From the human T2T-CHM13v2.0 reference genome, Homo sapiens: DNA of 64,000 nucleotides. The notes under the pieces were generated by a model that made no database searches, was not told the DNA's origin, and saw only the letters and a list, made by a program, of their open reading frames with translations. Shown one piece after another: positions 26,501-41,068 of this stretch. How positions within the stretch are numbered: the first letter of the stretch is position 1; each line of letters opens with the position of its first letter. Both the position numbers and the translations under genes were made by a program. The stretch lies in NCBI RefSeq assembly GCF_009914755.1, contig NC_060941.1; one strand, given 5' to 3'.

Positions 26501-27493
26501 AATAGCTTCATATAAAAGCTAGACAGTAGCATTCACAGAAAACTCTTGGTGACGACTGAGTTTAACTCACAGAGCTGAACATTCCTTTGGATGGAGCAGT
26601 TTCGAAACACACTATTTGTAGAATGTGCAAGTGGATATTTGGGCCTCTCTGAGGATTTCGTTGGAAACGGGATAAACCGCACAGAACTAAACAGAAGCAT
26701 TCTCAGAACCTTCTTCGTGATGTTTGCATTCAACTCACAGTGTTGAACCTTCCTTTGATAGTTCAGGTTTGAAACGGTCTTTCTGTAGAATCTGCAAGTA
26801 GATATTTGGACCTCTCTGAGGATTTCGTTGGAAACGGGATAAACCGCAAAGAACTAAAACAGAAGCATTCTCAGAACCCTCTTCGTGATGTTTGCATTCA
26901 ACTCACAGTGCTGAACCTTTCTTGATAGTTCAGCTTTGAAACACTCTTCTTGTAGAAACTGCAAGTGGATATTTGGTCCTCTCTGAGGATTTCGTTGGAA
27001 ACGGGATAAACCGCACAGAACTAAACAGAAGCATTCTCAGAACCTTCTTCGTGATGTTTGCATTCAACTCACAGTGTTGAACCTTTCCTTGATAGTTCAG
27101 GTTTGAAACGGTCATTCTGTAGAAAATGCAAGTAGATATTTGGACCTCTCTGAGGATTTCGTTGGAAACGGGATAAACCGCACAGAACTAAAACGGAAGC
27201 ATTCTCAGAACCTTCTTCGTGATGTCTGCATTCAACTCACAGTGTGGAACCTTTCATTGATAGTTCAGGTTTGAAACACTCTTTTTGTAGAAACTGCAAG
27301 GGGATAATTGCACTTCTTTGAGGCCTACCGTAGTAAAGGAAATAACTTCCTATAGAAAGAAGACAGAAGCTTTCTCAGAAAATTCTTTGGGATGATTGAG
27401 TGGAACTCACAGAGCTGAACATTCCTTGTGATGTAGCAGTTTAGAAACACACTTTCTGCAGAATCTGCAAGTGCATATTTGGACCTCTCTGAG
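23592..27493 (+). repeat. HOR 9, rearranged 23-mer (3902 bp)
   Basis: EcoRI spacing 3902. Order A-L, Mx, then H-L again (24826 vs 25846, offset 1020 bp), then Mx, My, Mx, N, O. Confidence 0.9.
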
Positions 27494-30400
27494 GAATTCG
27501 TTGGAAACGGGATAATTTCAGCTGACTAAACAGAAGCAGTCTCAGAATCTTCTTTGTGATGTTTGCATTCAAATCCCAGAGTTGAACTTTCCTTTCAAAG
27601 TTCACGTTTGAAACACTCTTTTTGCAGGATCTACAAGTGGATATTTGGACCACTCTGTGTCCTTCGTTCGAAACGGGTATATCTTCACATGACATCTAGA
27701 CAGAAGCATTCTCAGAAGCTTCTCTGTGATGACTGCATTCAACTCACGGAGTTGAACACTCCTTTTGAGAGCGCAGTTTTGAAACTCTCTTTCTGTGGCA
27801 TCCGCAAGGGGACATGTAGACCTCTTTGAAGATTTCGTTGGAAACGGAATCATCTTCACATAAAAACTATACAGATGCATTCTCAGGAACTTTTTGGTGA
27901 TGTTTGTATTCAACTCCCAGAGTTGAACTTTCCTTTGGAAAGAGCAGCTATGAAACACTCTTTTTCTAGAATCTGCAAGTGGACGTTTGGAGGGCTTTGT
28001 GGTTTGTGGTGGAAAAGGAAATATCTTCACCTAAATACTAGATAGAAGCATTCTCAGAAACTGCTTTGTGATGATTGCATTCACCTCACAGAGTTGAACA
28101 TTCCTATTGATAGAGCAGTTTGGAAACACTCTTGTTGTGGAATGTGCAAGTGGAGATTTGGAGCGCTTTGAGGCCTATGGTAGTAAAGGGAATAGCTTCA
28201 TAGAAAAACTAGACAGAAGCATTCTCAGAAAATACTTTGTGATGATTGAGTTTAACTCACAGAGCTGAACATTCCTTTGGATGGAGCAGGTTTGAGACAC
28301 ACTTTTTGTAGAATCTACAAGTGGATATTTGGACCTCTCTGAGGATTTCGTTGGAAACGGGATAACTGCACCTAACTAAACGGAAGCATTCTCAGAAACT
28401 TCTTGGTGATGTTTGCATTCAAATCCAAGAGTTGAACCTTCCTTTGATAATTCAGGTTTGAAACACTCTTTTTGTAGGATCTGCAAGTGGATATTTGGAC
28501 CACTCTGTGGCCTTCGTTCGAAACGGGTATATCTTCGCATAAAATCTAGACAGAAGCCTTCTCAGAAACTTCTCTGTGATGATTGCATTCAACTCACAGA
28601 GTTGAACCCTCCTATGGATAGAGCAGTGTTGAAACTCTCTTTTTGTGGAATCTGCAAGTGGATATGTGGACCTCTCCGAAGATGTCTTTGGAAACGGGAA
28701 TATCTTCACATAAAAACTAAACAGAAGCATTCTCAGAAACTTCTCTGTGATGTTTGTGTTCAACTCCCAGAGTTTCACATTGCATTTCATAGAGTAGTTC
28801 TGAAACATGCTTTTCGTAGTGTCTACAAGTGGACATTTGGAGCGCTTTCAGGCCTGTGGTGGAAAACGAATAATGGTCACATAAAAACTGGAGAGAAGCA
28901 TTGTCAGAAACTTCTTTGTGATGATTGCATTCAACTCACAGAGTTGAAGGTTCCTTTTCAAACAGCAGTTTCCAATCACTCTTTCTGTGGAATCTGCAAG
29001 TGGATATTTGGACCTATTTTGAAGATTTCGTTGGAAACGGGAGAATCTTCACAGAAAAGCTAAACAGAAGCATTCTCAGAAACTTCTTTGTGATGCTTGC
29101 ATTCAACTCACAGAGTTGAACTTTCCTTTCGAGAGAGAAGCTTTGAAACACTCTTTTTCCAGAATGTGCAAGTGGACATTTGGAGGGCTTTGAGGCCTGC
29201 GGTGGAAAAGGAATTATCTTCCCGTAAAAGCTAGATAGAAGCATTCTCAGAAACTCATTTGTGATGATTACATTCAAGTCACAGAGTTGAACATTCCCTT
29301 TGACAGAGCAGTTTGGAAACTCTCTTTGTGTAGAATCTGCAAGTGGAGATATGGACCGCTTTGAGGCCTATGGTAGTAAAGGAAATAGCTTCATATAAAA
29401 GCTAGACAGTAGCATTCACAGAAAACTCTTGGTGACGACTGAGTTTAACTCACAGAGCTGAACATTCCTTTGGATGGAGCAGTTTCGAAACACACTATTT
29501 GTAGAATGTGCAAGTGGATATTTGGGCCTCTCTGAGGATTTCGTTGGAAACGGGATAAAACGCACAGAACTAAAACAGAAGCATTCTCAGAGCCCTCTTC
29601 GTGATGTTTGCATTCAACTCACAGTGCTGAACCTTTCTTTGATAGTGCAGCTTTGAAACACTCTTTTTGTAGAAACTGCAAGTGGATATTTGGTCCTCTC
29701 TGAGGATTTCGTTGGAAACGGGATAAACCGCACAGAACTAAAACAGAAGCATTCTCAGAACCTTCTTCGTGATGTTTGCATTCAACTCACAGTGTTGAAC
29801 CGTTCCTTGATAGTTCAGGTTTGAAACGGTCTTTCTGTAGAAAATGCAAGTAGATATTTGGACCTCTCTGAGGATTTCGTTGGAAACGGGATAAACCGCA
29901 CAGAACTAAAACGGAAGCATTCTCAGAACCTTCTTCGTGATGTCTGCATTCAACTCACAGTGTGGAACCTTTCTTTGATAGTTCAGGTTTGAAACACTCT
30001 TTTTGTAGAAACTGCAAGGGGATAATTGCACTTCTTTGAGGCCTACCGTAGTAAAGGAAATAACTTCCTATAGAAAGAAGACAGAAGCTTTCTCAGAAAA
30101 TTCTTTGGGATGATTGAGTGGAACTCACAGAGCTGAACATTCCTTGCGATGTAGCAGTTTAGAAACACACTTTCTGCAGAATCTGCAAGTGCATATTTGG
30201 ACCTCTCTGAGGAATTCGTTGGAAACGGGATAATTTCAGCTGACTAAACAGAAGCAGTCTCAGAATCTTCTTTGTGATGTTTGCATTCAAATCCCCGAGT
30301 TGAACTTTCCTTTCAAAGTTCACGTTTGAAACACTCTTTTTGCAGGATCTACAAGTGGATATTTGGACCACTCTGTGTCCTTCGTTCGAAACGGGTATAT

Positions 30401-33400
30401 CTTCACATGACATCTAGACAGAAGCATTCTCAGAAGCTTCTCTGTGATGACTGCATTCAACTCACGGAGTTGAACACTCCTTTTGGGAGCGCAGTTTTGA
30501 AACTCTCTTTCTGTGGCATCCGCAAGGGGACATGTAGACCTCTTTGAAGATTTCGTTGGAAACGGAATCATCTTCACATAAAAACTATACAGATGCATTC
30601 TCAGGAACTTTTTGGTGATGTTTGTATTCAACTCCCAGAGTTGAACTTTCCTTTGGAAAGAGCAGCTATGAAACACTCTTTCTAGAATCTGCAAGTGGAC
30701 GTTTGGAGGGCTTTGTGGTTTGTGGTGGAAAAGGAAATATCTTCACCTAAATACTAGATAGAAGCATTCTCAGAGACTGCTTTGTGATGATTGCATTCAC
30801 CTCACAGAGTTGAACATTCCTATTGATAGAGCAGTTTGGAAACACTCTTGTTGTGGAATGTGCAAGTGGAGATTTGGAGCGCTTTGAGGCCTATGGTAGT
30901 AAAGGGAATAGCTTCATAGAAAAACTAGACAGAAGCATTCTCAGAAAATACTTTGTGATGATTGAGTTGAACTCACAGAGCTGAACATTCCTTTGGATGG
31001 AGCAGGTTTGAGACACACTTTTTGTAGAATCTACAAGTGGATATTTGGACCTCTCTGAGGATTTCGTTGGAAACGGGATAACTGCACCTAACTAATCGGA
31101 AGCATTCTCAGAAACTTCTTGGTGATGTTTGCATTCAAATCCCAGAGTTGAACCTTCCTTTGATAGTTCAGGTTTGAAACACTCTTTTTGTAGGTTCTGC
31201 AAGTGTATATTTGGACCACTCTGTGGCCTTCGTTCGAAACGGGTACATCTTCGCATAAAATCTAGACAGAAGCCTTCTCAGAAACTTCTCTGTGATGATT
31301 GCATTCAACTCACAGAGTTGAACCCTCCTATGGATAGAGCAGTGTTGAAACTCTCTTTTTGTGGAATCTGCAAGTGGATATGTGGACCTCTCCGAAGATG
31401 TCTTTGGAAACGGGAATATCTTCACATAAAAACTAAACAGAAGCATTCTCAGAAACTTCTCTGTGATGTTTGTGTTCAACTCCCAGAATTTCACATTGCT
31501 TTTCATAGAGTAGTTCTGAAACATGCTTTTCGTAGTGTCTGCAAGTGGACATTTGGAGCGCTTTCAGGCCTGTGGTGGAAAACGAATTATGGTCACATAA
31601 AAACTGGAGAGAAGCATTGTCAGAAACTTCTTTGTGATGATTGCATTTAACTCACAGAGTTGAAGGTTCCTTTTCAAACAGCAGTTTTCAATCACTCTTT
31701 CTGTGGAATCTGCAAGTGGATATTTGGACCGCTTTGAAGATTTCGTTGGAAACGGGAGAATCTTCACAGAAAAGCTAAACAGAAGCATTCTCAGAAACTT
31801 CTTTGTGATGCTTGCATTCAACTCACAGAGTTGAACTTTGCTTTCGAGAGAGAAGCTTTGAAACACTCTTTTTCCAGAATCTGCAAGTGGACATTTGGAG
31901 GGCTTTGAGGCCTGTGGTGGAAAAGGAATTATCTTCCCGTAAAAGCTAGATAGAAGCATTCTCAGAAACTACTTTGTGATGATTGCATTCAAGTCACAGA
32001 GTTGAACATTCCCTTTGACAGAGCAGTTTGGAAACTCTCTTTGTGTAGAATCTGCAAGTGGAGATATGGACCGCGTTGAGGCCTATGGTAGTAAAGGAAA
32101 TAGCTTCATATAAAAGCTAGACAGTAGCATTCACAGAAAACTCTTGGTGACGACTGAGTTTAACTCACAGAGCTGAACATTCCTTTGGATGGAGCAGTTT
32201 CGAAACACACTATTTGTAGAATGTGCAAGTGGATATTTGGGCCTCTCTGAGGATTTCGTTGGAAATGGGATAAACCGCACAAAACTAAACAGAAGCATTC
32301 TCAGAACCTTCTTCGTGATGTTTGCATTCAACTCACAGTGTTGAACCTTCCTTTGATAGTTCAGGTTTGAAACGATCTTTCTGTAGAAACTGCAAGTAGA
32401 TATTTGGACCTCTCTGAGGATTTCGTTGGAAACGGGATAAACCGCACAGAACTAAAACAGAAGCATTCTCAGAACCCTCTTCGTGATGTTTGCATTCAAC
32501 TCACAGTGCTGAACCTTTCTTTGATAGTTCAGCTTTGAAACACTCTTCTTGTAGAAACTGCAAGTGGATATTTGGTCCTCTCTGAGGATTTCGTTGGAAA
32601 CGGGATAAACCGCACAGAACTAAACAGAAGCATTCTCAGAACCTTCTTCGTGATGTCTGCATTCAACTTACAGTGTGGAACCTTTCTTTGATAGTTCAGG
32701 TTTGAAACACTCTTTTTGTAGAAACTGCAAGGGGATAATTGCACTTCTTTGAGGCCTACCGTAGTAAAGGAAATAACTTCCTATAGAAAGAAGACAGAAG
32801 CTTTCTCAGAAAATTCTTTGGGATGATTGAGTGGAACTCACAGATCTGAACATTCCTTGTGATGTAGCAGTTTAGAAACACACTTTCTGCAGAATCTGCA
32901 AGTGCATATGTGGACCTCTCTGAGGAATTCGTTGGAAACGGGATAATTTCAGCTGATTAAACAGAAGCAGTCTCAGAATCTTCTTTGTGATGTTTGCATT
33001 CAAATCCCAGAGTTGAACTTTCCTTTCAAAGTTCACGTTTGAAACACTCTTTTTGCAGGATCTACAAGTGGATATTTGGACCACTCTGTGTCCTTCGTTC
33101 GAAACGGGTGTATCTTCACATGACATCTAGACAGAAGCATTCTCAGAAGCTTCTCTGTGATGACTGCATTCAACTCACGGAGTTGAACACTCCTTTTGAG
33201 AGCGCAGTTTTGAAACTCTCTTTCTGTGGCATCCGCAAGGGGACATGTAGACCTCTTTGAAGATTTCGTTGGAAACGGAATCATCTTCACATAAAAACTA
33301 TACAGATGCATTCTCAGGAACTTTTTGGTGATGTTTGTATTCAACTCCCAGAGTTGAACTTTCCTTTGGAAAGAGCAGCTATGAAACACTCTTTTTCTAG

Positions 33401-36400
33401 AATCTGCAAGTGGACGTTTGGAGGGCTTTGTGGTTTGTGGTGGAAAAGGAAATATCTTCACCTAAATACTAGATAGAAGCATTCTCAGAAACTGCTTTGT
33501 GATGATTGCATTCACCTCACAGAGTTGAACATTCCTATTGATAGAGCAGTTTGGAAACACTCTTGTTGTGGAATGTGCAAGTGGAGATTTGGAGCGCTTT
33601 GAGGCCTATGGTAGTAAAGGGAATAGCTTCATAGAAAAACTAGACAGAAGCATTCTCAGAAAATACTTTGTGATGATTGAGTTTAACTCACAGAGCTGAA
33701 CATTCCTTTGGATGGAGCAGGTTTGAGACACACTTTTTGTAGAATCTACAAGTGGATATTTGGACCTCTCTGAGGATTTCGTTGGAAACGGGATAACTGC
33801 ACCTAACTAAACGGAAGCATTCTCAGAAACTTCTTGGTGATGTTTGCATTCAAATCCCAGAGTTGAACCTTCCTTTGATAGTTCAGGTTTGAAACACTCT
33901 TTTTGTAGGATCTGCAAGTGGATATTTGGACCACTCTGTGGCCTTCGTTCGAAACGGGTACATCTTCGCATAAAATCTAGACAGAAGCCTTCTCAGAAAC
34001 TTCTCTGTGATGATTGCATTCAACTCACAGAGTTGAACCCTCCTATGGATAGAGCAGTGTTGAAACTCTCTTTTTGTGGAATCTGCAAGTGGATATGTGG
34101 ACCTGTCCGAAGATATCTTTGGAAACGGGAATATCTTCACATAAAAACTAAACAGAAGCATTCTCAGAAACTTCTCTGTGATGTTTGTGTTCAACTCCCA
34201 GAATTTCACATTGCTTTTCATAGAGTAGTTCTGAAACATGCTTTTCGTAGTGTCTGCAAGTGGACATTTGGAGCGCTTTCAGGCCTGTGGTGGAAAACGA
34301 ATTATGGTCACATAAAAACTGGAGAGAAGCATTGTCAGAAACTACTTTGTGATGATTGCATTCAACTCACAGAGTTGAAGGTTCCTTTTCAAACAGCAGT
34401 TTCCAATCACTCTTTCTGTGGAATCTGCAAGTGGATATTTGGACCGCTTTGAAGATTTCGTTGGAAACGGGAGAATCTTCACAGAAAAGCTAAACAGAAG
34501 CATTCTCAGAAACTTCTTTGTGATGCTTGCATTCAACTCACAGAGTTGAACTTTCCTTTCGAGAGAGAAGCTTTGAAACACTCTTTTTCCAGAATCTGCA
34601 AGTGGACATTTGGAGGGCTTTGAGGCCTGTGGTGGAAAAGGAATTATCTTCCCGTAAAAGCTAGATAGAAGCATTCTCAGAAACTACTTTGTGATGATTG
34701 CATTCAAGTCACAGAGTTGAACATTCCCTTTGACAGAGCAGTTTGGAAACTCTCTTTGTGTAGAATCTGCAAGTGGAGATATGGACCGCTTTGAGGCCTA
34801 TGGTAGTAAAGGAAATAGCTTCATATAAAAGCTAGACAGTAGCATTCACAGAAAACTCTTGGTGACGACTGAGTTTAACTCACAGAGCTGAACATTCCTT
34901 TGGATGGAGCAGTTTCGAAACACACTATTTGTAGAATGTGCAAGTGGATATTTGGGCCTCTCTGAGGATTTCGTTGGAAACGGGATAAACCGCACAGAAC
35001 TAAACAGAAGCATTCTCAGAACCTTCTTCGTGATGTTTGCATTCAACTCACAGTGTTGAACCTTCCTTTGATAGTTCAGGTTTGAAACGGTCTTTCTGTA
35101 GAAACTGCAAGTAGATATTTGGACCTCTCTGAGGATTTCGTTGGAAACGGGATAAACCGCACAGAACTAAAACAGAAGCATTCTCAGAACCCTCTTCGTG
35201 ATGTTTGCATTCAACTCACAGTGCTGAACCTTTCTTTGATAGTTCAGCTTTGAAACACTCTTCTTGTAGAAACTGCAAGTGGATATTTGGTCCTCTCTGA
35301 GGATTTCGTTGGAAACGGGATAAACCGCACAGAACTAAACAGAAGCATTCTCAGAACCTTCTTCGTGATGTCTGCATTCAACTCACAGTGTGGAACCTTT
35401 CTTTGATAGTTCAGCTTTGAAACACTCTTTTTGTAGAAACTGCAAGGGGATAATTGCACTTCTTTGAGGCCTACCGTAGTAAAGGAAATAACTTCCTATA
35501 GAAAGAAGACAGAAGCTTTCTCAGAAAATTCTTTGGGATGATTGAGTGGAACTCACAGAGCTGAACATTCCTTGCGATGTAGCAGTTTAGAAACACACTT
35601 TCTGCAGAATCTGCAAGTGCATATTTGGACCTCTCTGAGGAATTCGTTGGAAACGGGATAATTTCAGCTGACTAAACAGAAGCAGTCTCAGAATCTTCTT
35701 TGTGATGTTTGCATTCAAATCCCAGAGTTGAACTTTCCTTTCAAAGTTCACGTTTGAAACACTCTTTTTGCAGGATCTACAAGTGGATATTTGGACCACT
35801 CTGTGTCCTTCGTTCGAAACGGGTATATCTTCACATGACATCTAGACAGAAGCATTCTCAGAAGCTTCTCTGTGATGACTGCATTCAACTCACGGAGTTG
35901 AACACTCCTTTTGAGAGCGCAGTTTTGAAACTCTCTTTCTGTGGCATCCGCAAGGGGACATGTAGACCTCTTTGAAGATTTCGTTGGAAACGGAATCATC
36001 TTCATATAAAAACTATACAGATGCATTCTCAGGAACTTTTTGGTGATGTTTGTATTCAACTCCCAGAGTTGAACTTTCCTTTGGAAAGAGCAGCTATGAA
36101 ACACTCTTTTTCTAGAATCTGCAAGTGGACGTTTGGAGGGCTTTGTGGTTTGTGGTGGAAAAGGAAATATCTTCACCTAAATACTAGATAGAAGCATTCT
36201 CAGAAACTGCTTTGTGATGATTGCATTCACCTCACAGAGTTGAACATTCCTATTGATAGAGCAGTTTGGAAACACTCTTGTTGTGGAATGTGCAAGTGGA
36301 GATTTGGAGCGCTTTGAGGCCTATGGTAGTAAAGGGAATAGCTTCATAGAAAAACTAGACAGAAGCATTCTCAGAAAATACTTTGTGATGATTGAGTTTA

Positions 36401-39400
36401 ACTCACAGAGCTGAACATTCCTTTGGATGGAGCAGGTTTGAGACACACTTTTTGTAGAATCTACAAGTGGATATTTGGACCTCTCTGAGGATTTCGTTGG
36501 AAACGGGATAACTGCACATAACTAAACGGAAGCATTCTCAGAAACTTCTTGGTGATGTTTGCATTCAAATCCCAGAGTTGAACCTTCCTTTGACAGTTCA
36601 GGTTTGAAACACTCTTTTTGTAGGATCTGCAAGTGGATATTTGGACCACTCTGTGGCCTTCGTTCGAAACGGGTACATCTTCGCATAAAATCTAGACAGA
36701 AGCCTTCTCAGAAACTTCTCTGTGATGATTGCATTCAACTCACAGAGTTGAACCCTCCTATGGATAGAGCAGTGTTGAAACTCTCTTTTTGTGGAATCTG
36801 CAAGTGGATATGTGGACCTCTCCGAAGATGTCTTTGGAAACGGGAATATCTTCACATAAAAACTAAACAGAAGCATTCTCAGAAACTTCTCTGTGATGTT
36901 TGTGTTCAACTCCCAGAATTTCACATTGCTTTTCATAGAGTAGTTCTGAAACATGCTTTTCGTAGTGTCTGCAAGTGGACATTTGGAGCGCTTTCAGGCC
37001 TGTGGTGGAAAACGAATTATGGTCACAGAAAAACTGGAGAGAAGCATTGTCAGAAACTTCTTTGTGATGATTGCATTCAACTCACAGAGTTGAAGGTTCC
37101 TTTTCAAACAGCAGTTTCCAATCACTCTTTCTGTGGAATCTGCAAGTGGATATTTGGACCGCTTTGAAGATTTCGTCGGAAACGGGAGAATCTTCACAGA
37201 AAAGCTAAACAGAAGCATTCTCAGAAACTTCTTTGTGATGCTTGCATTCAACTCACAGAGTTGAACTTTCCTTTCGAGAGAGAAGCTTTGAAACACTCTT
37301 TTTCCAGAATCTGCAAGTGGACATTTGGAGGGCTTTGAGGCCTGTGGTGGAAAAGGAATTATCTCCCATAAAAGCTAGATAGAAGCATTCTCAGAAACTA
37401 CTTTGTGATGATTGCATTCAAGTCACAGAGTTGAACATTCCCTTTGACAGAGCAGTTTGGAAACTCTCTTTGTGTAGAATCTGCAAGTGGAGATATGGAC
37501 CGCTTTGAGGCCTATGGTAGTAAAGGAAATAGCTTCATATAAAAGCTAGACAGTAGCATTCACAGAAAACTCTTGGTGACGACTGAGTTTAACTCACAGA
37601 GCTGAACATTCCTTTGGATGGAGCAGTTTCGAAACACACTATTTGTAGAATGTGCAAGTGGATATTTGGGCCTCTCTGAGGATTTCGTTGGAAACGGGAT
37701 AAACCGCACAGAACTAAACAGAAGCATTCTCTGAACTTTCTTCGTGATGTTTGCATTCAACTCACAGTGTTGAACCTTCCTTTGATAGTTCAGGTTTGAA
37801 ACGGTCTTTCTGTAGAAACTGCAAGTAGATATTTGGACCTCTCTGAGGATTTCGTTGGAAACGGGATAAACCGCACAGAACTAAAACAGAAGCATTCTCA
37901 GAACCCTCTTCGTGATGTTTGCATTCAACTCACAGTGCTGAACCTTTCTTTGATAGTTCAGCTTTGAAACACTCTTCTTGTAGAAACTGCAAGTGGATAT
38001 TTGGTCCTCTCTGAGGATTTCGTTGGAAACGGGATAAACCGCACAGAACTAAACAGAAGCATTCACAGAACCTTCTTCGTGATGTCTGCATTCAACTCAC
38101 AGTGTGGAACCTTTCTTTGATAGTTCAGCTTTGAAACACTCTTTTTGTAGAAACTGCAAGGGGATAATTGCACTTCTTTGAGGCCTACCGTAGTAAAGGA
38201 AATAACTTCCTATAGAAAGAAGACAGAAGCTTTCTCAGAAAATTCTTTGGGATGATTGAGTGGAACTCACAGAGCTGAACATTCCTTGCGATGTAGCAGT
38301 TTAGAAACACACTTTCTGCAGAATCTGCAAGTGCATATTTGGACCTCTCTGAGGAATTCGTTGGAAACGGGATAATTTCAGCTGACTAAACAGAAGCAGT
38401 CTCAGAATCTTCTTTGTGATGTTTGCATTCAAATCCCCGAGTTGAACTTTCCTTTCAAAGTTCACGTTTGAAACACTCTTTTTGCAGGATCTACAAGTGG
38501 ATATTTGGACCACTCTGTGTCCTTCGTTCGAAACGGGTATATCTTCACATGACATCTAGACAGAAGCATTCTCAGAAGCTTCTCTGTGATGACTGCATTC
38601 AACTCAGGGAGTTGAACACTCCATTTGAGAGCGCAGTTTTGAAACTCTCTTTCTGTGGCATCCGCAAGGGGACATGTAGACCTCTTTGAAGATTTCGTTG
38701 GAAACGGAATCATCTTCACATAAAAACTATACAGATGCATTCTCAGGAACTTTTTGGTGATGTTTGTATTCAACTCCCAGAGTTGAACTTTCCTTTGGAA
38801 AGATCAGCTATGAAACACTCTTTTTCTAGAATCTGCAAGTGGACGTTTGGAGGGCTTTGTGGTTTGTGGTGGAAAAGGAAATATCTTCACCTAAATACTA
38901 GATAGAAGCATTCACAGAAACTGCTTTGTGATGATTGCATTCACCTCACAGAGTTGAACATTCCTATTGATAGAGCAGTTTGGAAACACTCTTGTTGTGG
39001 AATGTGCAAGTGGAGATTTGGAGCGCTTTGAGGCCTATGGTAGTAAAGGGAATAGCTTCATAGAAAAACTAGACAGAAGCATTCTCAGAAAATACTTTGT
39101 GATGATTGAGTTTAACTCACAGAGCTGAACATTCCTTTGGATGGAGCAGGTTTGAGACACACTTTTTGTAGAATCTACAAGTGGATATTTGGACCTCTCT
39201 GAGGATTTCGTTGGAAACGGGATAACTGCACCTAACTAAACGGAAGCATTCTCAGAAACTTCTTGGTGATGTTTGCATTCAAATCCCAGAGTTGAACCTT
39301 CCTTTGATAGTTCAGGTTTGAAACACTCTTTTTGTAGGATCTGCAAGTGGATATTTGGACCACTCTGTGGCCTTCGTTCGAAACGGGTACATCTTCGCAT

Positions 39401-41068
39401 AAAATCTAGACAGAAGCCTTCTCAGAAACTTCTCTGTGATGATTGCATTCAACTCACAGAGTTGAACCCTCCTATGGATAGAGCAGTGTTGAAACTCTCT
39501 TTTTGTGGAATCTGCAAGTGGATATGTGGACCTCTCCGAAGATGTCTTTGGAAACGGGAATATCTTCACATAAAAACTAAACAGAAGCATTCTCAGAAAC
39601 TTCTCTGTGATGTTTGTGTTCAACTCCCAGAATTTCACATTGCTTTTCATAGAGTAGTTCTGAAACATGCTTTTCGTAGTGTCTGCAAGTGGACATTTGG
39701 AGCGCTTTCAGGCCTGTGGTGGAAAACGAATTATGGTCACAGAAAAACTGGAGAGAAGCATTGTCAGAAACTTCTTTGTGATGATTGCATTCAACTCACA
39801 GAGTTGAAGGTTCCTTTTCAAACAGCAGTTTCCAATCACTCTTTCTGTGGAATCTGCAAGTGGATATTTGGACCGCTTTGAAGATTTCGTCAGAAACGGG
39901 AGAATCTTCACAGAAAAGCTAAACAGAAGCATTCTCAGAAACTTCTTTGTGATGCTTGCATTCAACTCACAGAGTTGAACTTTCCTTTCGAGAGAGAAGC
40001 TTTGAAACACTCTTTTTCCAGAATCTGCAAGTGGACATTTGGAGGGCTTTGAGGCCTGTGGTGGAAAAGGAATTATCTTCCCATAAAAGCTAGATAGAAG
40101 CATTCTCAGAAACTACTTTGTGATGATTGCATTCAAGTCACAGAGTTGAACATTCCCTTTGACAGAGCAGTTTGGAAACTCTCTTTGTGTAGAATCTGCA
40201 AGTGGAGATATGGACCGCTTTGAGGCCTATGGTAGTAAAGGAAATAGCTTCATATAAAAGCTAGACAGTAGCATTCACAGAAAACTCTTGGTGACGACTG
40301 AGTTTAACTCACAGAGCTGAACATTCCTTTGGATGGAGCAGTTTCGAAACACACTATTTGTAGAATGTGCAAGTGGATATTTGGGCCTCTCTGAGGATTT
40401 CGTTGGAAACGGGATAAACCGCACAGAACTAAACAGAAGCATTCTCTGAACTTTCTTCGTGATGTTTGCATTCAACTCACAGTGTTGAACCTTCTTTTGA
40501 CAGTTCAGGTTTGAAACGGTCTTTCTGTAGAAACTGCAAGTAGATATTTGGACCTCTCTGAGGATTTCGTTGGAAACGGGATAAACCGCACAGAACTAAA
40601 ACAGAAGCATTCTCAGAACCCTCTTCGTGATGTTTGCATTCAACTCACAGTGCTGAACCTTTCTTTGATAGTTCAGCTTTGAAACACTCTTCTTGTAGAA
40701 ACTGCAAGTGGATATTTGGTCCTCTCTGAGGATTTCGTTGGAAACGGGATAAACCGCACAGAACTAAACAGAAGCATTCACAGAACCTTCTTCGTGATGT
40801 CTGCATTCAACTCACAGTGTGGAACCTTTCTTTGATAGTTCAGCTTTGAAACACTCTTTTTGTAGAAACTGCAAGGGGATAATTGCACTTCTTTGAGGCC
40901 TACCGTAGTAAAGGAAATAACTTCCTATAGAAAGAAGACAGAAGCTTTCTCAGAAAATTCTTTGGGATGATTGAGTGGAACTCACAGAGCTGAACATTCC
41001 TTGCGATGTAGCAGTTTAGAAACACACTTTCTGCAGAATCTGCAAGTGCATATTTGGACCTCTCTGAG
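27494..41068 (+). repeat. HORs 10-14, five consecutive 16-mers (2718, 2713, 2715, 2714, 2715 bp)
   Basis: EcoRI at 27494, 30212, 32925, 35640, 38354, 41069. M slot is Mz, Mx in HOR 10 and Mx, My in HORs 11-14. Confidence 0.9.
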
